Assembly (NCBI GenBank): GCA_965240325.2
Contig: OZ251226.1
Coordinates: 372,001-436,000 of the forward strand
Source: Rebecca billardiae RCC1528
Taxonomy: Eukaryota > Protista > Haptophyta
DNA length: 64,000 bases
Direction: 5' to 3'
A program made the translations under genes and the position numbers. Positions 22,134 to 35,400 of this stretch are shown piece by piece (positions within the stretch are counted from its first letter, which is position 1; each line of letters begins with the position of its first letter). The notes beneath the pieces were generated by a model. It was given only the letters and a program-made list of their open reading frames with translations, had not been told where the DNA came from and searched no databases.

Positions 22134-22320
22134 TGCCACCAAACAGACCGGCGCAAGCAGGTGAGGGGCGCGTTGCCGCACCTCATCGAGGCGGCCATTG
22201 CAGCAAGCGGCCGCCCCGCGCTCGGAGGCACGCGCTCGAGAGCGCGCTCTGACACCACACGGGGAGGGTGCTGCACCTGGATGTTGTATCCCAGCCACCT
22301 CGAGAGTGCAGCCGCGCCAC
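22134..22320 (-). repeat. Internal segment of the GTAC-ended repeat family
   Basis: Closely similar to 10730-10952 and to the reverse complement of 52119-52210. Confidence 0.8.
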
Positions 22321-24184
22321 ACACCTGCCTGCGCTGTGAGCGACGCCGCGTCGACTGATCGAGCCCCAGCCGAAGGGAAGAATAGGAAGATGAAGGGTGG
22401 GCAGGTCCACATGCCCGGCGTAAACTGCGCGCTGCTCGCCTGCGGAGGCAAGCAGCGCACCCCCGCCGCCTTCGCAGCAGCGGGGGCGGGGGAAAGCGGC
22501 CCCTCTCGGTTGCCGCCAGCCCCTGGCTGCCCACCTAGCCCGGTGATGGCACAGGGCCGTTGCCTGCCGTGAACACATACACCTTGTGAGCAGGGCCAGG
22601 CGCGGCCCCACGCCCCATCGGGACGGGCGGGCCCGCGAAGAGCGCGCCCACGACCTCGTCGATCGTCGCCGACGCCGCGCCCTCATGCCCAGACGCCGCA
22701 GCCGGCGGGGCGCCATCACCCTGAGGGTGTTGGCCGCCCCCGGCCTCTTGGCGGTCCGAAGACATGCGGGACGGCCGCGACGACGACGGCTCCGACGATG
22801 CCGAAGGCGCAAGCTCGCGGAAGGGGCCAGAGTTAGCTGCGGCGTCGGGTCCGCACGCGCCTGGGCAGCGCGTTTATCCCGCCTCGTACCCGCCGGCGGC
22901 GGCGCAGGCGGCTTCAGCGAGCCGTTCATTGAAAAATGTATGCTGCTGATGATGATACATTCGTACTTTTTTTTAATAAGGCTGTAAGGCAGCGATGCCC
23001 GTAAAGTATAATGGCGGGCCGTCATTAATAATAATAATGGCCAAATGTTGTCGCCTACGCGCCAGCCAATCCGCGGGCAGCCCTTCGGTTCGTAGCTTGA
23101 TTTCCTGCCGAATGAAATCGCGCGAATTCATCTTTCTTCCGCTTCCGACCAAGAAGTTCTTGGCAAAGACGCGGGCAGGTCCAGAGGGTTGGAATGAGAC
23201 GAGAGAATAATCTGCGCGCTCAATCGTGCGCACTATCTCACGATGGGGTCCACGCCCACCACGCACGGGAGTCGTCAAGGGCATCATTAGCTGAACAGTT
23301 CACGCCGCAAGTTTCGTGGGCTGGCTTCGCGCCTCCGAAGAGTACGAGCACCGTCACGTTAAGCTCGCGTTGGGAGTGGAGGAGCGGGGGGGGGGGGGGG
23401 GCACTTTGAGACAATCCGCGTGCGCGTGCCTGACGAGCGGAGTGCTCACCAACTGGGGAGAGCATGCTTCCATGGGCTCTTGAGGCGTATCTGGCGCCCC
23501 TACTACCTCCCATGGCATGACCAGCCGTCAGGTTGGCGTCTCCTTGCAGTAGTATACTGCCCTTCCCACGTCACTGAAGGGCACCGTGCATCGCGGTTTG
23601 CAGCCGGCTCACACTGGCGGGGCATGTTCGGCAGCCACGTTTGGTACGTGGCCGCATGGGCATGGGCAGCGGAGACGCCGGCAAACGATCGCAGGTGGTG
23701 CCAGGTTTGCAGCTTGGGCACACATGTGACTCGCCGATACACACGTGCGTCCACCTCGCCGGGCGCTGTAGCGCGTGCGAGGCGGGCGCCATGCACCACG
23801 TACGCCCAGTGGGCACTGGGCCGGCACTGGCCGCGGCCTGGTCCTCATCCTGCACCTTGACAGGTCTCATTCTGCCCTTCTTAACCGGACGGCGTTTTCA
23901 GATCCAATCAGCCACGAGCTTGCTCAACTGATGACCCAGCTAGCAACTCTTCCCACGTGCCGCTTGGGTAGCAAGAATAGAAAGAATCAAAAGCAGATTC
24001 TTTCTACCCAAGCGGTAGAAAGAATGCGCAAAAAAGGGCAGCAAAATAACGAGAGATGAGCTGCGAGCGCGGGGTTGGTGCGCTGCGCGCGCGGTGCGCC
24101 CGACACTGACTGCTCAGTGTCGGGCGCCTGCGCAGCATGTGGGCGAGATGGCGACGGCAATGGTGCTGCGTGCGAGTGTGGGCA

Positions 24185-25135
24185 ATGCTTGGAGGAAGCG
24201 ACGGCGAGGAGTCCTCCGTGTCGCCGCCGACAGTCGAGCTCGCCCGACTCAATCGGCATGACGACGCTGAGCGGGCAAGCGCAGTGGCGCCCACGGCACT
24301 TGACATCCACATGCCCGATGCCTACGCCGCAGAGGAGGGAGCAGAAAGCGTGTCGTCGCGCTTACTTCTCGGCGTGACAGTCGCGTTCATGCGCGAGTAC
24401 GCCCAGATGGCTGGGTGCCCCCCCGACTGCACGACACAGGATGTGCACGCGCGTGTGCACAACACGGCGGGCACAACGCTCAGGTCGATCGCAGAGCTCT
24501 CCCAGGAGCACCGGACGGCCGACGGGCACCCGTCGGTTGGGCGAGCGCATATGTTCGTATCGCACGCCCACTCGCGCAGGTGGGACCGCATGCTCGACGC
24601 GGTGTCGACGTACATTCAGCTGTGCGGGCTGCAGGAGAGGTCGACGTACGTGTGGTTTGACCTCTTCTGCTTCCGGTACAGCATGCTCACGTCCGAGCTG
24701 CGGCAGGTCGGCGACATCGAGGCGAGCATCGGCCACGTCGTCGTCGTGCTAGACCCGTGGGATAACCCGGTGTGCCTGCGGCGCTCGTGGGTACTCTACG
24801 AGATCTTACACTCGCTCGGGCCGTCTGTCCACCTCGGCCTCACGATGCCGGCCGCCGAGCGCGAGGCGTTTGTGTCCGCGCTCTCGCGCGATCCACAGCG
24901 GGTCGAGGACACGCTCACGCGCTTCGATGTGCGCACCGCGTCTGCAAGCATAGAGTCGGAACAGGTTGCGCTGATGAGCGCGATCCAGCAGCTCTACGCC
25001 GAGTATGACCGCCTCTCTTCCGACGAGGAGGACGCGCCTGCGAGCGACGAGCCCGACGACAGCCTGCGCTACTTCAACCGTGACATGCGCGCGGCGATCC
25101 GGCGCGCCGTGTCCACCTTCTCCTGGCAAATATGA
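24185..25135 (+). CDS. Protein with HET/TIR-like domain of the protist type usually found N-terminal to TPR/kinesin-light-chain repeats
   Basis: Motifs MFVSHAH, YVWFDLFC, VVVVLDPWDNPVCLRRSWVLYEI, FDVRTASAS..SEQ..LMSAI. Start assumed at MLGGSDGEE. Confidence 0.65.
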   Translation: MLGGSDGEESSVSPPTVELARLNRHDDAERASAVAPTALDIHMPDAYAAEEGAESVSSRLLLGVTVAFMREYAQMAGCPPDCTTQDVHARVHNTAGTTLRSIAELSQEHRTADGHPSVGRAHMFVSHAHSRRWDRMLDAVSTYIQLCGLQERSTYVWFDLFCFRYSMLTSELRQVGDIEASIGHVVVVLDPWDNPVCLRRSWVLYEILHSLGPSVHLGLTMPAAEREAFVSALSRDPQRVEDTLTRFDVRTASASIESEQVALMSAIQQLYAEYDRLSSDEEDAPASDEPDDSLRYFNRDMRAAIRRAVSTFSWQI

Positions 25136-25509
25136 CCGTGCGACTGGTTTTCAGATAAGCTGTCGGCATTATTAGTCGCCGGGTCCGTCTGGCCGCTGTA
25201 CTACTTAGCGGATTTTAGCATTGTCGTGACTGACGATGCTGATCAGATTGACGACTGCGTCTGCGACTCTGCGACGGAGCTCCGCCGGATTCTCGCCAGA
25301 CGCGATCTGAGATCGATTGACGAAGCAGGGAGGACGAAGCAAAAATGAAAAATTGCTGGTCCCCCGGACGCGCGCGCGTGCGCGGCCCGCGCGCCGGACC
25401 GGCCTGGCAAAGCGGTGCATCTCGAAGCGGAATGGCTGCCCGGCCTTGAGGAACTGGCGCAGCAGCGAATCCACACCTTGTGGCCCCCTGCTCCCCTCCG
25501 GCGCGCGAG

Positions 25510-26905
25510 ATGACGAGCCACACGGGGCCATACCAGCTGATTCACGACGAGCCGACGCTGGTCGCCCAGGGCGCACTCACTGGCGCCCCGGGGGCGGAGG
25601 AGCCTCCGCCCACACCACCCGAACCGCATGCGCCCCAGCAGCCTGCGGGCGCGCCTGACGTCGAGGCACAGACGAGCTCAGAAGAGGCCGACGCGGCCGC
25701 GCGAAGCAGTGCGCGACTTGCACGCAATGGCAGCGCGCAGATCGCGCCGGAGGGAGCTGATGACCCCCATCTGAGCGCGGCGGAGGAGCTGCTGCGCAAC
25801 CGCCCTGGCCCTCTGAACCCGCGCCGGTACGCGACTAAGGGTTTCATCTCCAACTGCTGCACGTTCAGCATCATGCTGCTCGGCATCTTCCTCAAGTCTC
25901 TTGGACACACGCTCGTCGCCCGGTGGGTGCTCGCCTTCGGCGTCTTTGGCTTTGCGGGCGGCATCACCAACTGGCTTGCTGTGCACATGCTGTTCGATCG
26001 CATTCCCGGCCTCTACGGCTCGGGCGTGATCCCGACGCGCTTCAGGGAAATCCGCGAGGTGGTGAAGGACACGATGCTACGGTACGCCACGCAGCACCAG
26101 GCCGAGCGAGCCGCCCGGCGCGCGGGCAATTCCTCTACAAACACACACACGCGCGCGCGCACGCGCGCGCACACACACGCACACGCACACATGCACAACA
26201 AACACACAGTGGGCGCGCGCGCCCATACCCTCTTGACCGCGGGTGCACATGCGCACGGCGCGGCGCGCCCCCGCCCCACTACGCGCCCACTGCAGCACCT
26301 TCTTCGAGCAGGACTACCTCGAGCGCTACCTGCGCGGCAAGCTGTCGAAGCTCGCGGGCGAGCTCGACGCCTCAGCGCTCGTCTCAAAGGCGCTGGCCTC
26401 GCCCGAGGTCGAGGGCATCATCGAGCGGCAGCTCGAGGCGCTCAAGGCGAAGCCTGAGGGCCTGATGCTGGCGATGCAGGTGAGCGAGAGAGGGCGGTGC
26501 GCGGTGCACAGCCGGTCGCCCGACGTGGCGTGCCTGGCACCCCTACCAACGGCAGCGGGGCTGACCTCCGCACCCACCCCTTTGCCGCCCGCGGCTGCCG
26601 CCGCCGCGCAGGGCATAGAGCCGATCTCGCTCAAGCCCGTGGTGCTCAGCTTCGTGCGCGGCGCAGGCGACGAGCTGGGCCCGCTGCTGCTCTCAACGCT
26701 CGAGCCGCAGTCGATCCTGCCGATCGAGCGGCTGAGGCATGAGATCGACCTGCTGATGAGCGCCAAGCTGCAGGAGCTCACGCCCGACCGCGTGAAGGAG
26801 CTGATGGAGGAGGTGATCCGAGTGCACCTCGGCTGGCTCATCGTGTGGGGCAACATCTTCGGCGGCCTCATCGGGCTGATCTCGATCGCACTGGGGTACC
26901 CATGA
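25510..26905 (+). CDS. DUF445-family membrane protein; exons 25510-26081, 26296-26479, 26612-26905
   Basis: 'FGFAGGITNWLAVHMLFDRIPGLYGSGVIP' and C-terminal 'HLGWLIVWGNIFGGLIGL'. GT-AG introns 26082-26295 and 26480-26611 give a continuous frame. Confidence 0.85.
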
Positions 26906-27336
26906 GGCTGCCGCGCGGACTCTCCAGCTCAGTTGAAATCGCGTCGGACAGTGCTGCTGCTTCAAGTCAGTCAGGTGCTGGCCGGTGTTGCGCGTGATGA
27001 GTAAGCAGCGCGCGGCGTTCGGTAACTAAGCTACTTCGGAATCGGATGCTGTAGTTCGGATCGGCACTCGGCACGACTGCGGACAGCCGCCGCATATGAT
27101 GCCAACAAGAAGCCGCACACGCGGCGCAGAGTTGGGGCCGACACGCCCCGGCGACTGCCGAGTCTGCCGACGGATGATGGGTGTCTTTAGAGTGATTATG
27201 AGACTGAGAGTGAGCGGTGAGTGATGGCCGGCGGGCGTGGCACGTAATCACATCTGATCGTCAGACTCGACCGTACTGTCATATCAGTAATCAGTGAGTG
27301 TCATCATACTATTGAGGAGGTAGCTACAGTAAAGTA

Positions 27337-27420
27337 GTACAGTTCACTGCGCTAAGAATAAGAGACGCACACAGCTCAGGCAGGCGAGATCGACGCCCGC
27401 CAACTGTCACCGCCCATGAA
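27337..27420 (-). repeat. GTAC-ended repeat fragment (type 2)
   Basis: Reverse complement matches 10616-10683 and ends ...GTGAACTGTAC. Confidence 0.75.
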
Positions 27421-28168
27421 GCCGTCGCCGATGGTCGCGCCGTCGGAAGATTCGTTCAGCCGTCCGCCTGCGAGGCCTGGATGAGGGCTGCGGCCGCCTC
27501 GCAGCGCGCCAGCGCCCGTCGTCCTCGCCCCACCGTCGTCAACAAAAGGTCGTCGTCCGAACTCTCCGACCAGTAACTACATGATGCAATTGCAACACTC
27601 CCGTACACCGCCATCACGGCCCTTGATCTCACATCATTCTGTGGTGATAACGAACGATGGCTCGTGGTAACTTACTGATCTGCAGCCGCACCAGCTGAGC
27701 CGGACAGTGAACGTCCGGGCAAAACGGGCGCGCCACAGGCCGCACGTGAAGGCACGCGGCTCGCCTCGCGCGACGGGCGCCGTACCAAAAGGCAGTCGCC
27801 CGAGCCATCGGCTACATTGCTTACCTCACTTCCCATGCATCCGATGAATCGCTCATCATTCATCAAGTCAGTGGTCAGGCGCAAGCGAGCGTCGCACTGC
27901 TAAGCCTAAGTTCATCAGCACAGCTGCTGTCATGGCGCTATGATACAGAAGAATACGAGACGTAGGCCAGGCTGCCCGATTAGTGTCGGAACTCGGAATT
28001 CAATAGGGTGAATTACTGAATTCACTGAATTGATCCGCGCGGGCGGGCCGGACCAAGCGTCCAAGCGACCGCATCGTCGTGGCGACGAACTTCGCGCACG
28101 AAATCACGAATCAATCAGTTCACAGTCTCATCGGGCCGCGCGCCGGCCGCGACGAGGCGTCGTTGGTG

Positions 28169-28573
28169 ATGGGGAATAAGGCGCGGTCCGCGGAGGACCC
28201 CTTTGGTGAGAAAGCCATGTCGGAGACGCGCACTCAGGCGAGGCAACGCAACGCTGCTGCCAAGAAGGCCGCGACATCGCGTAGCTCACGCGAAGACGAT
28301 GACTCCAAAGGCGGCATCCGCTGGGGTCCCCTGGTGATGATGATGCTCATCGTCTTGTCTGGCCTCCTGCCGTTCCTGAGCAACCTCGCCGATAGCCTAG
28401 GGAGACTCGGCGTCACTGTCTTCAACGTCGATCACCAGACCAAGCTGATGCGCTTCTACAAGGCGCACAACGCCGACAAGGTGGATGAGGTGCCATCGCT
28501 GCTCAGAAAGTACAAGGGGCGCGAGGATGTGCTCTACAAGAAGCTGCACCAGAAGTATGGCGTTTGGCCATGA
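28169..28573 (+). CDS. Small single-TM protein with C-terminal 'FYxxHNxxK...KYxGRE...LxxKY' helical domain
   Basis: TM segment 'WGPLVMMMLIVLSGLLPFL' and 'LMRFYKAHNADKVDEVPSLLRKYKGREDVLYKKLHQKYG', a motif common in protist proteins. Confidence 0.75.
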   Translation: MGNKARSAEDPFGEKAMSETRTQARQRNAAAKKAATSRSSREDDDSKGGIRWGPLVMMMLIVLSGLLPFLSNLADSLGRLGVTVFNVDHQTKLMRFYKAHNADKVDEVPSLLRKYKGREDVLYKKLHQKYGVWP

Positions 28574-29673
28574 CGCTCAGCGCGAAGAGCCCCATGGCTG
28601 GCCAGACTACGCAGGCGCCCAGAGGCTCACTCCCACCTGGGGCTGTGGACGCGTGGAGCCGTGCGTGGTCGGCGGATGCCAACCTGTGTCTCCACGACAG
28701 CAGTCTCAGAGCCTCGGACCGCTCGTCATTGACTACCAATGCTCATTCCCATCAATGTCGCCAGGCGGTTCCCAAAGGCGATCCCGTCGCGGACACGGCC
28801 GGCGCGGGCGCCGGTGTCTGCCAGGCACAGGGCAGCGGCCGGCTGCTCCGCGCGCCCGTGACGACGCTCACGCGGGCGACGACGCCCGACTAAGATTCGG
28901 AGTCGGAAGTCCTATGTAAGTACTACGGTATCATCATGTAGTCGCGCCACAGTGAGTGAGTGACCCACTGACGTGCCAGGGGCATTGATGTACATGATCT
29001 ATATCAGATATATAATCTGCGGACTGACTACTGAGTGGCTGCAGCCCTCGGCAGGGCCGTCGGTCGGTCGCGGTACCTAGGCGGTCACTGAGTACTCCCG
29101 GCGTGCCGATAGGTCAGCTGAGTGAGGAGCCTGGACCGTGCCCGAGTGCCCGCCGGACCACGCGCCCCGTCCGCAGTGACGGGCCGCATTTGATTTTTGC
29201 TGCATGCATAGTGATGATGCATCAGTCTGTAGCAGACATACCTGATCAGTCTGGGTCGGGGCCACGGCTTAGAGTTAGACTGCCAGGTCGGACTGTTACC
29301 CCGCCGTAGCTACGGAGTCGCAGCAGGGCTACAGGCGCGCCTTAGCAGTCCACACACCCGAATTCATATGACCGTCACCGAATCGTGAATCGTCTCGCGG
29401 ACGACGTCGACTAACGTAACTACGCCTGAGACTTCTTGAATGACTCAAGTCTCCGAACACTCGATCTTTGACAAAGAGAGTCTCAGTATGTCATAATGAG
29501 AGTAGTCAGAGCATTCGGTCTTCGGAGAGAGCATTGAAGTGGGAGGCGCAGTGAGTGAGTGACCGAACCGCCGCCGCCGCCGGACTCCGCTGAGTGCGCA
29601 GACCGTGCGCACAGACTCAGACAGGCGGCAGGTCGCAGTAGCCAGAAATTTTATTTGTTGTAATTAATAATTA

Positions 29674-29753
29674 TGGCCCGCGGTGCAGCAGCAGGGCGGA
29701 GCGCGCAGCGTGGAGCCCGCTCCGCGGGCCCTAACCACGTTTCAAAAAGATCT
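29674..29753 (+). mobile_element. 5'-end fragment of the Helitron2-like family (copy 4)
   Basis: TGGCCCGCGGTGCA(GCAGCA)GGGCGGAGCGCGCAGCGTGGAGCCC...CACGTTTCAAAAAGATCTT. No 3' hairpin end was seen. Confidence 0.65.
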
Positions 29754-30782
29754 TATTTATGAATACGAGAAACGAGAATAAGACGCCATCATCACTATCA
29801 GTGGTGAGTGGAGTGGCTACTCCGAGTACTCGGACCGCGATCACGCGTGACGCCGCACGCGGATCGGAGTTCGGACGGAACCGCGATCATTCCGCCGCAG
29901 ATTTAATTTCATCCGCCGCGACGGAACTCGATCGGAAGGCGTCGGAATAAGGGGCATGCATGCGCTCCAAATCCAATCAATTCGACCTGATGAGTTATTA
30001 TATACTAAAATTTGCTGGGGCTACCCGGTTTAAGCTTAGTTAATTTATAATAATATATTATAATTTAAGCTAATACGTATGTATATATATATATAATATA
30101 TATATGTAGTACGTATTCGATGGCGACATCATTCAAGTTCCCGGACCCACGGTCCGGACCGCCCGACTGCCAGTCTCGGAGAGTGACGGAGTCTGTCTCA
30201 GTGTCTGAGTGACTCCGAGCCTGGCGAGCCTCGGCTCCACGCTGACGACGGCTGTTACAGGCGGCACTCTCCATGACCATGTCGGCAGTGGCCGCGACTA
30301 GAGTCGCCGTGCGGCTAGCCGGACTCTAGTGACTACAACTCGGCGCGCCGCCGCGACCACCAGTGGGAGGCGTGACCGAACCCGGACTCCGCACAGGCGG
30401 CAGGTCGTGCAGTCTGAGTCTGGGAGGCTGCCGCGAACAGAATGATTGATAATGACGATATGATGAGTAATGATCTGCCGAGTGGAGCCTGCCGACGGGC
30501 GCCGGAGTGTCACGCCGACACGCGGGCGCGCGCCGTCGCGGGACTGTTCCGCGACGATTGTGACGGCGTCTCTCGGGAGTGATTGACAGCTGGCAGAGCG
30601 CCCTAGCCGCCTAGCCCCGTCCGCCGCTGCATACTCCGCTCACGTGCACGACCATCAGCACGCTCGCTGCCTCCATGTCGCAGCCTTGGCCAACTGAAGC
30701 ATCTGGTAGGAGGACGCGCCGGGGGCGTGGACGGGCGGTAGCTGCGCCCACGCCCATTGTGCATGCCACGGCACTCGTCAAC

Positions 30783-31208
30783 TCACGCGCGCTCCAGCTC
30801 GGTCGCCAGGAAGTGCGCCGTCCACTTTCGCGGCTCCTCAAACTTGACGAGGACCGGCAGATTCGCCGAGATGTGCTTGTCGATGACCTTGACGACTTCG
30901 CCCTCCAGACCCTGCGGGTTGAGCTTGGGGTGCTTGGGCACGTGGCACATCACCAGATCCGACGCGACGACGCGCACGCGGTCTCCCGCCTCGAAAGACG
31001 CCGAGTCCTCACTGTCGTCAGCATCTTCGCCGCCCAGGAAGCTCAAATCGACACCGAGGCTGTCCATCCGCAGGGGTGCCCTGCTCGATGCTGGCCCTAG
31101 CCGGGGCAGATGTGTGGCCACCACCGCCTCCGTCCCGCGCGTCAACACGCGTGATGCCGGCGGGCACCACGCCAGGGCAGCCACCAGTACAGCGCTCATC
31201 GCCATCAT
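30783..31208 (-). CDS. ftrV: Ferredoxin-thioredoxin reductase variable chain, plastid-targeted
   Basis: Signal peptide plus transit-like region, then 'GDRVRV...MCHVPKHP...QGLEGEV...ISANLPVLVKF...AHFLATELE'. Confidence 0.85.
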   Translation of the reverse strand: MMAMSAVLVAALAWCPPASRVLTRGTEAVVATHLPRLGPASSRAPLRMDSLGVDLSFLGGEDADDSEDSASFEAGDRVRVVASDLVMCHVPKHPKLNPQGLEGEVVKVIDKHISANLPVLVKFEEPRKWTAHFLATELERA

Positions 31209-32448
31209 GCCGGTCGGGGCGCAATCACCACGATGAGTCCCGACGACGCCCTGTCAGGGGCCGCCGAAACCAGCCGACCCGCGCAGCCGGCGTGGGTACC
31301 GTCCGGATCAGGAGATCGCATCACCGTCGTCGTCAGACTGCACCGCTCCCGACCGATCCCCTATTCCCCTTACCATACCGCAGTTCAATCTGCTTCGAAG
31401 CAGATTTGACGGCGGCCGCTGCGCGCGCTTTGCGGCCCACCCACGCGCGCCTGGGCGTTGAACACGGCTTGAGAGTGCCCAGGCATGGTCTAGCTACCCT
31501 CAGACAGCCGCCAGCCTAGTACCTCCAGCTTCACCGCCTCCACGATGGCAACGCGCGGCGGCGCCGAGCTGCCGTCGTGCTGGCTGGGCGCTCGACTGGC
31601 CCGCGACACCCGGCTGCACTCCTTGCAGCCGCTTCAAGCACGTGGGCGACCGACAAAGATGATTGTAGACAGTGTACATACTGCGCGCGTTACTCTGCGC
31701 GCGTTCGCATGACCGATCACGCTGAAAGTGCCCACCAGCCAGCCGCGCGGGACACGCTGAGGCACGGGTCGGGCTCCTTCCTTGCGGCACGCCGCACGCG
31801 GTGTGTACACCGAGTGCAAGTCAGGCAGGCGCTTCGCGGGAGTGGTGGCATCGCTTCTTCGCCTGTGTTGGCGTCGATCGCAGGCGCGACGCGCGTACCC
31901 CTCGCAAGTACACCCTCCTCGTGCTCAGTGTCACTCGCGCGGAGCCCACGGTGAGGGATCTTGAGCTCGAGGTGCAGCGTACGAGCCTACGGGCGCTGAG
32001 TAGCAGCCTACCGACCAGCGCACGGGTGACGACCGTCATCCATTATGTTATGATACCCCTCCCAGCCTCACGCCGCAGCCTGACGATCACCTCCGCAGCG
32101 GTTTGAGCACCATTCCAAATCTGCTTCGTGGCATGTTCAAACGCTCGTTTGGCACTCCGTCTGGACGCCGTGGCACGGGAGAAGGGGAAGGGCGGTGGCG
32201 GCGAGGCTCGGGTCATCGATGGGTATGGTCCCAAAGATGCCCCCAAGCGTGCGCGCGCCCGCTCGCGCCGTCTACCTGCGCGCCCAGCGCTCCCACGCCG
32301 CCGCCCACCCAAATCTGCTTCGTATATAGAAGCAGACTGCGGTAAGGGGATAGGACACCGGACGGAGCCGCGAAGACCGTTGGGCGTTTACCGTAGGCAC
32401 CCGGTTTCAAAGCCCTCCACCTGCGCGAGCGAGCTCGCGCCAGGCGCG

Positions 32449-35400
32449 ATGATCGCAGTGCTCATCGACGGGTCAGCGGAGCAGTGGGCGGGCGGGTGCC
32501 GCGTGCCCGAGCTGATGCTCGCGACCGTGCGAATCCTCGACCACTGTACCACGGCCTCCGCCACCACCGTCGACCGCAAGTGGTCTGCGCGTGTGTACGG
32601 CGGCGCGCGCGGCAGCCAGCTGGCGGCTGGGCTCGAACGCCCGACGGCCATCTCGGACGCCAGCCTCGACCAGCTCGAGACGCTGCTGGACAAGGTGGCG
32701 CGAGCGCACGCCACGGCCCAGGCGCCGCTCGCGGGCTGGCCCGCGCTCGTCGACGCGTGCAAGGCGAGCCTCTCCGACTTTGCATGGCTACCGGTCGAGG
32801 TGTCAGACTCTGGCGAGGAGGTGGACACGGAGGCGGAGCGGCACATCGTCATCGTCGCGCCCGAGCTGCTCGGCGGGGGCGATGCCGCCGAGTCCGCCGC
32901 GCACGCTCGCCAGCTCGACGCGCTCGTCTCGCGCAGGGCGGGCGCAGCGCGTGCGCGCGTGCACTGGGTCGACACGTCAGCCGCGCCGCCGCGCGACCGA
33001 GCGCGTGCGCAGGCGGCGGCGGAGGCGCGACGGCTGGTCGAGCGCGGCGGCGGCGGCGTGATCGCGCTGGACTGGCTCGTGCGCACGCGCCACGCGCCGA
33101 TCCCGCTCCCGCTCCTCATGCGCTGCGCGCTCGGCGGCGCGCCGCAGGGCGCTGGGCAGCCGTCAAGCGGCGCGCACGCGCCGGCTGAGCCTGAGCCGAC
33201 CAAGCGCGAGGCGAAGGGCGTCGGCGCGGGCGGAGCGGCCGCGCGGCCGGCTGGCAGCGGCGCCGACGCGTTGGCGGTGACGCTGCTCGCCGACGACGGC
33301 CGCGTCCTCTGCGACGGCCTCGTCGCGCACGCCGTCGGCGCCGCCCTGCTCGCTCGTCCTGCTGACGACCCGGCAGCGACCGTGGCACACGGGGCGGAGC
33401 GTCGCGCGGCCGGTGCGGGCTCGGGCGCGCCGCCGCGCGCGCAGCTGCGGCTGCAGCTCGTTGCGACAGCGTGCCTCGCGTCGCTCGCGCCCGCGCTGCT
33501 CGACGCGCGCTCCGCCGGCTACGCTCTGCTCACCGCCTCTGCCGCTGGCGGCGCCGCTGCGCGGTGCGCTTGGGTCGCTCTGCTCTGTTCGCTCGCGGAG
33601 GCAGGCGCGGCCGCCATCGTGCGTGAGGCGGACCCGCCAGCGCGCGAGCGCGGGGCGCTCTCCGATGCCAGTGGCGCGCTGGACGCGGCTCCGCCGAGCG
33701 CGGACGAGCCGCGTCCGCTGCTCGCGCTTCGGCCTCTCAGCGCGGGCGCGGCGTGCGCGCACCGACTGTCGGTGTGCGCGCCGCGCGTACCGTGTCTGCC
33801 GACGCCGACGCCGGCGCCCTCGTCGGCGGCGCCACCGGATCCGCACGCGCCGGCGCTCGTCGGCTCCGCGCCCGCGCAGGATCTCGCTGCCGCCGCGCAG
33901 CCCGCGGCGGGCCCGCGAACAACACGCACGCGCGCGCGCGCCGCCGCCGCCGCTCGCGCAGAGGGCGCAGCGTACGGCGCGGCGCCGTCACCCCGAGGCT
34001 CGACCGCTGCCGGCGCGCGCCAGCCGGCGCCGCGGACGCGCGCAGCTCAGGCACAGGAGGCTGCGCCGAAGCGGGCCTCGGCGGAGCCGCCGGTGCATGC
34101 TCGCCTGTCGGGCTCGGAGCGCGCGGCCGAGGCCGTCGCCACAACGACCGCCCCGGCAGGCGCGCGCGGCGCCGAGCCTGCTCCGCGCTCGCTGCCAGAC
34201 GACGACGGCTGCGCAGAGTCCGGCCGCGCAGAGTCCGGCTGCGCAGCGTCTCTGCGTGAAGAGGACGCGCTGGCGCGCGCGCTGCTGTGGCGCGCTACGG
34301 ACTGGCACCTGCCCGCCCTCCTCCGTGACGCGCGCGGCGGCGCCGACGACGCGTCGGCGACGGCTGCCGCCGCCGTGGCACGCTCGGCGGAAGCGCCCAC
34401 CGCGGCCGCGGACGAGCGCGCGCCCCTGCTGCCCACGGCGTGCCAGCCGCAAGGCCGGCAGGCGGCGGGCGTAGAGCAGGCGCCGAGCGCGGGCGGGTGC
34501 GAGCCGCGCGCCGCCGAGGACTGCGCGCTCGGCGGTGGCGGCGGCGGCGGCGGCGGCGGCGCAGGGGACAGCGTCACGGCCGAAGCACCGCCGCCGCGCG
34601 CAGCGCGCGGCGCGCAGTCGGGTGCAGCGCAGCGGCCGGACCCGTCGCTCCTCCCGCCCGGACTGCAGGCGGTCCCGCTGGCCCACGCGCTGGGCGCGGC
34701 GGCGCAGCCGCGGCCGCGCGGCCGCGCGGCCGCCTCGGCTGCCGCGCGCAAGCGGTCGCGCGCGCCGGAGCGGCGGGCGGAGGCGCGGCGGCCGCGGCCC
34801 GCGCGCGCGCCCGAGCCGAGTGCGCACGCGGCGCTTTGCACGGCCGAGGCGCCGAGTGTCGCCGTGGCTGCGGTGGCCGTGCCGGCAGCCGAGCAGCTCT
34901 CGCTACGCAGCAGGCTGGAGCACGCGTGCGCGCTGCGCGCCGAGCGACTCGTGGCGCGCGCCGCCGCAGCCGCGCACGACGCTGAGCTCGAGCGCAGCGC
35001 AGCGGCGCGCGCCGCCGCGTGCGCGCGCGTGCCGGCGGCGACGGCGACGGCAAGGGCGACGCCTGTGGAGGCAGAGGCGGGCTCGGAGCGTGCGCGCGTC
35101 GGAGCGTGCACGGGCCTCGTCGTGTACCCGGGCTCGAGCCCTACGCCCGCGCCCCCGCCGCCCGCCGCCGAGCCCCATGCCGCCGCGCCGCCGCCGCCGC
35201 CACGCGCTGTGGCCCTCGGCGCGGCCGCAGCCGACTCGCACGCGGCCGCGGCCGCGAGCGGTGCGGGGCGCGCAGCCGACGCGGGCGGCGGCGTGGCGTG
35301 CCGCGCGCTCACGCTCTGCGCCGCGCCTGGCGCGCTGAGCGCGCTGAGCGCGCCGAGCGCGCCGCTCGGCGCCCTCGGCCCGGCGCCGCCCGCGCCCGCC

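Noticed and set aside
22535-22765. 'GPAHKVYVFTAGN' resembles circovirus Rep motif I
   Set aside because: A stop follows within ~10 codons and no HUH, YxxK or helicase motifs are found downstream; probably chance.
22973-23930. Lower-GC region with short ORFs and a poly-G run
   Set aside because: No recognisable domain, termini or second copy in the window.
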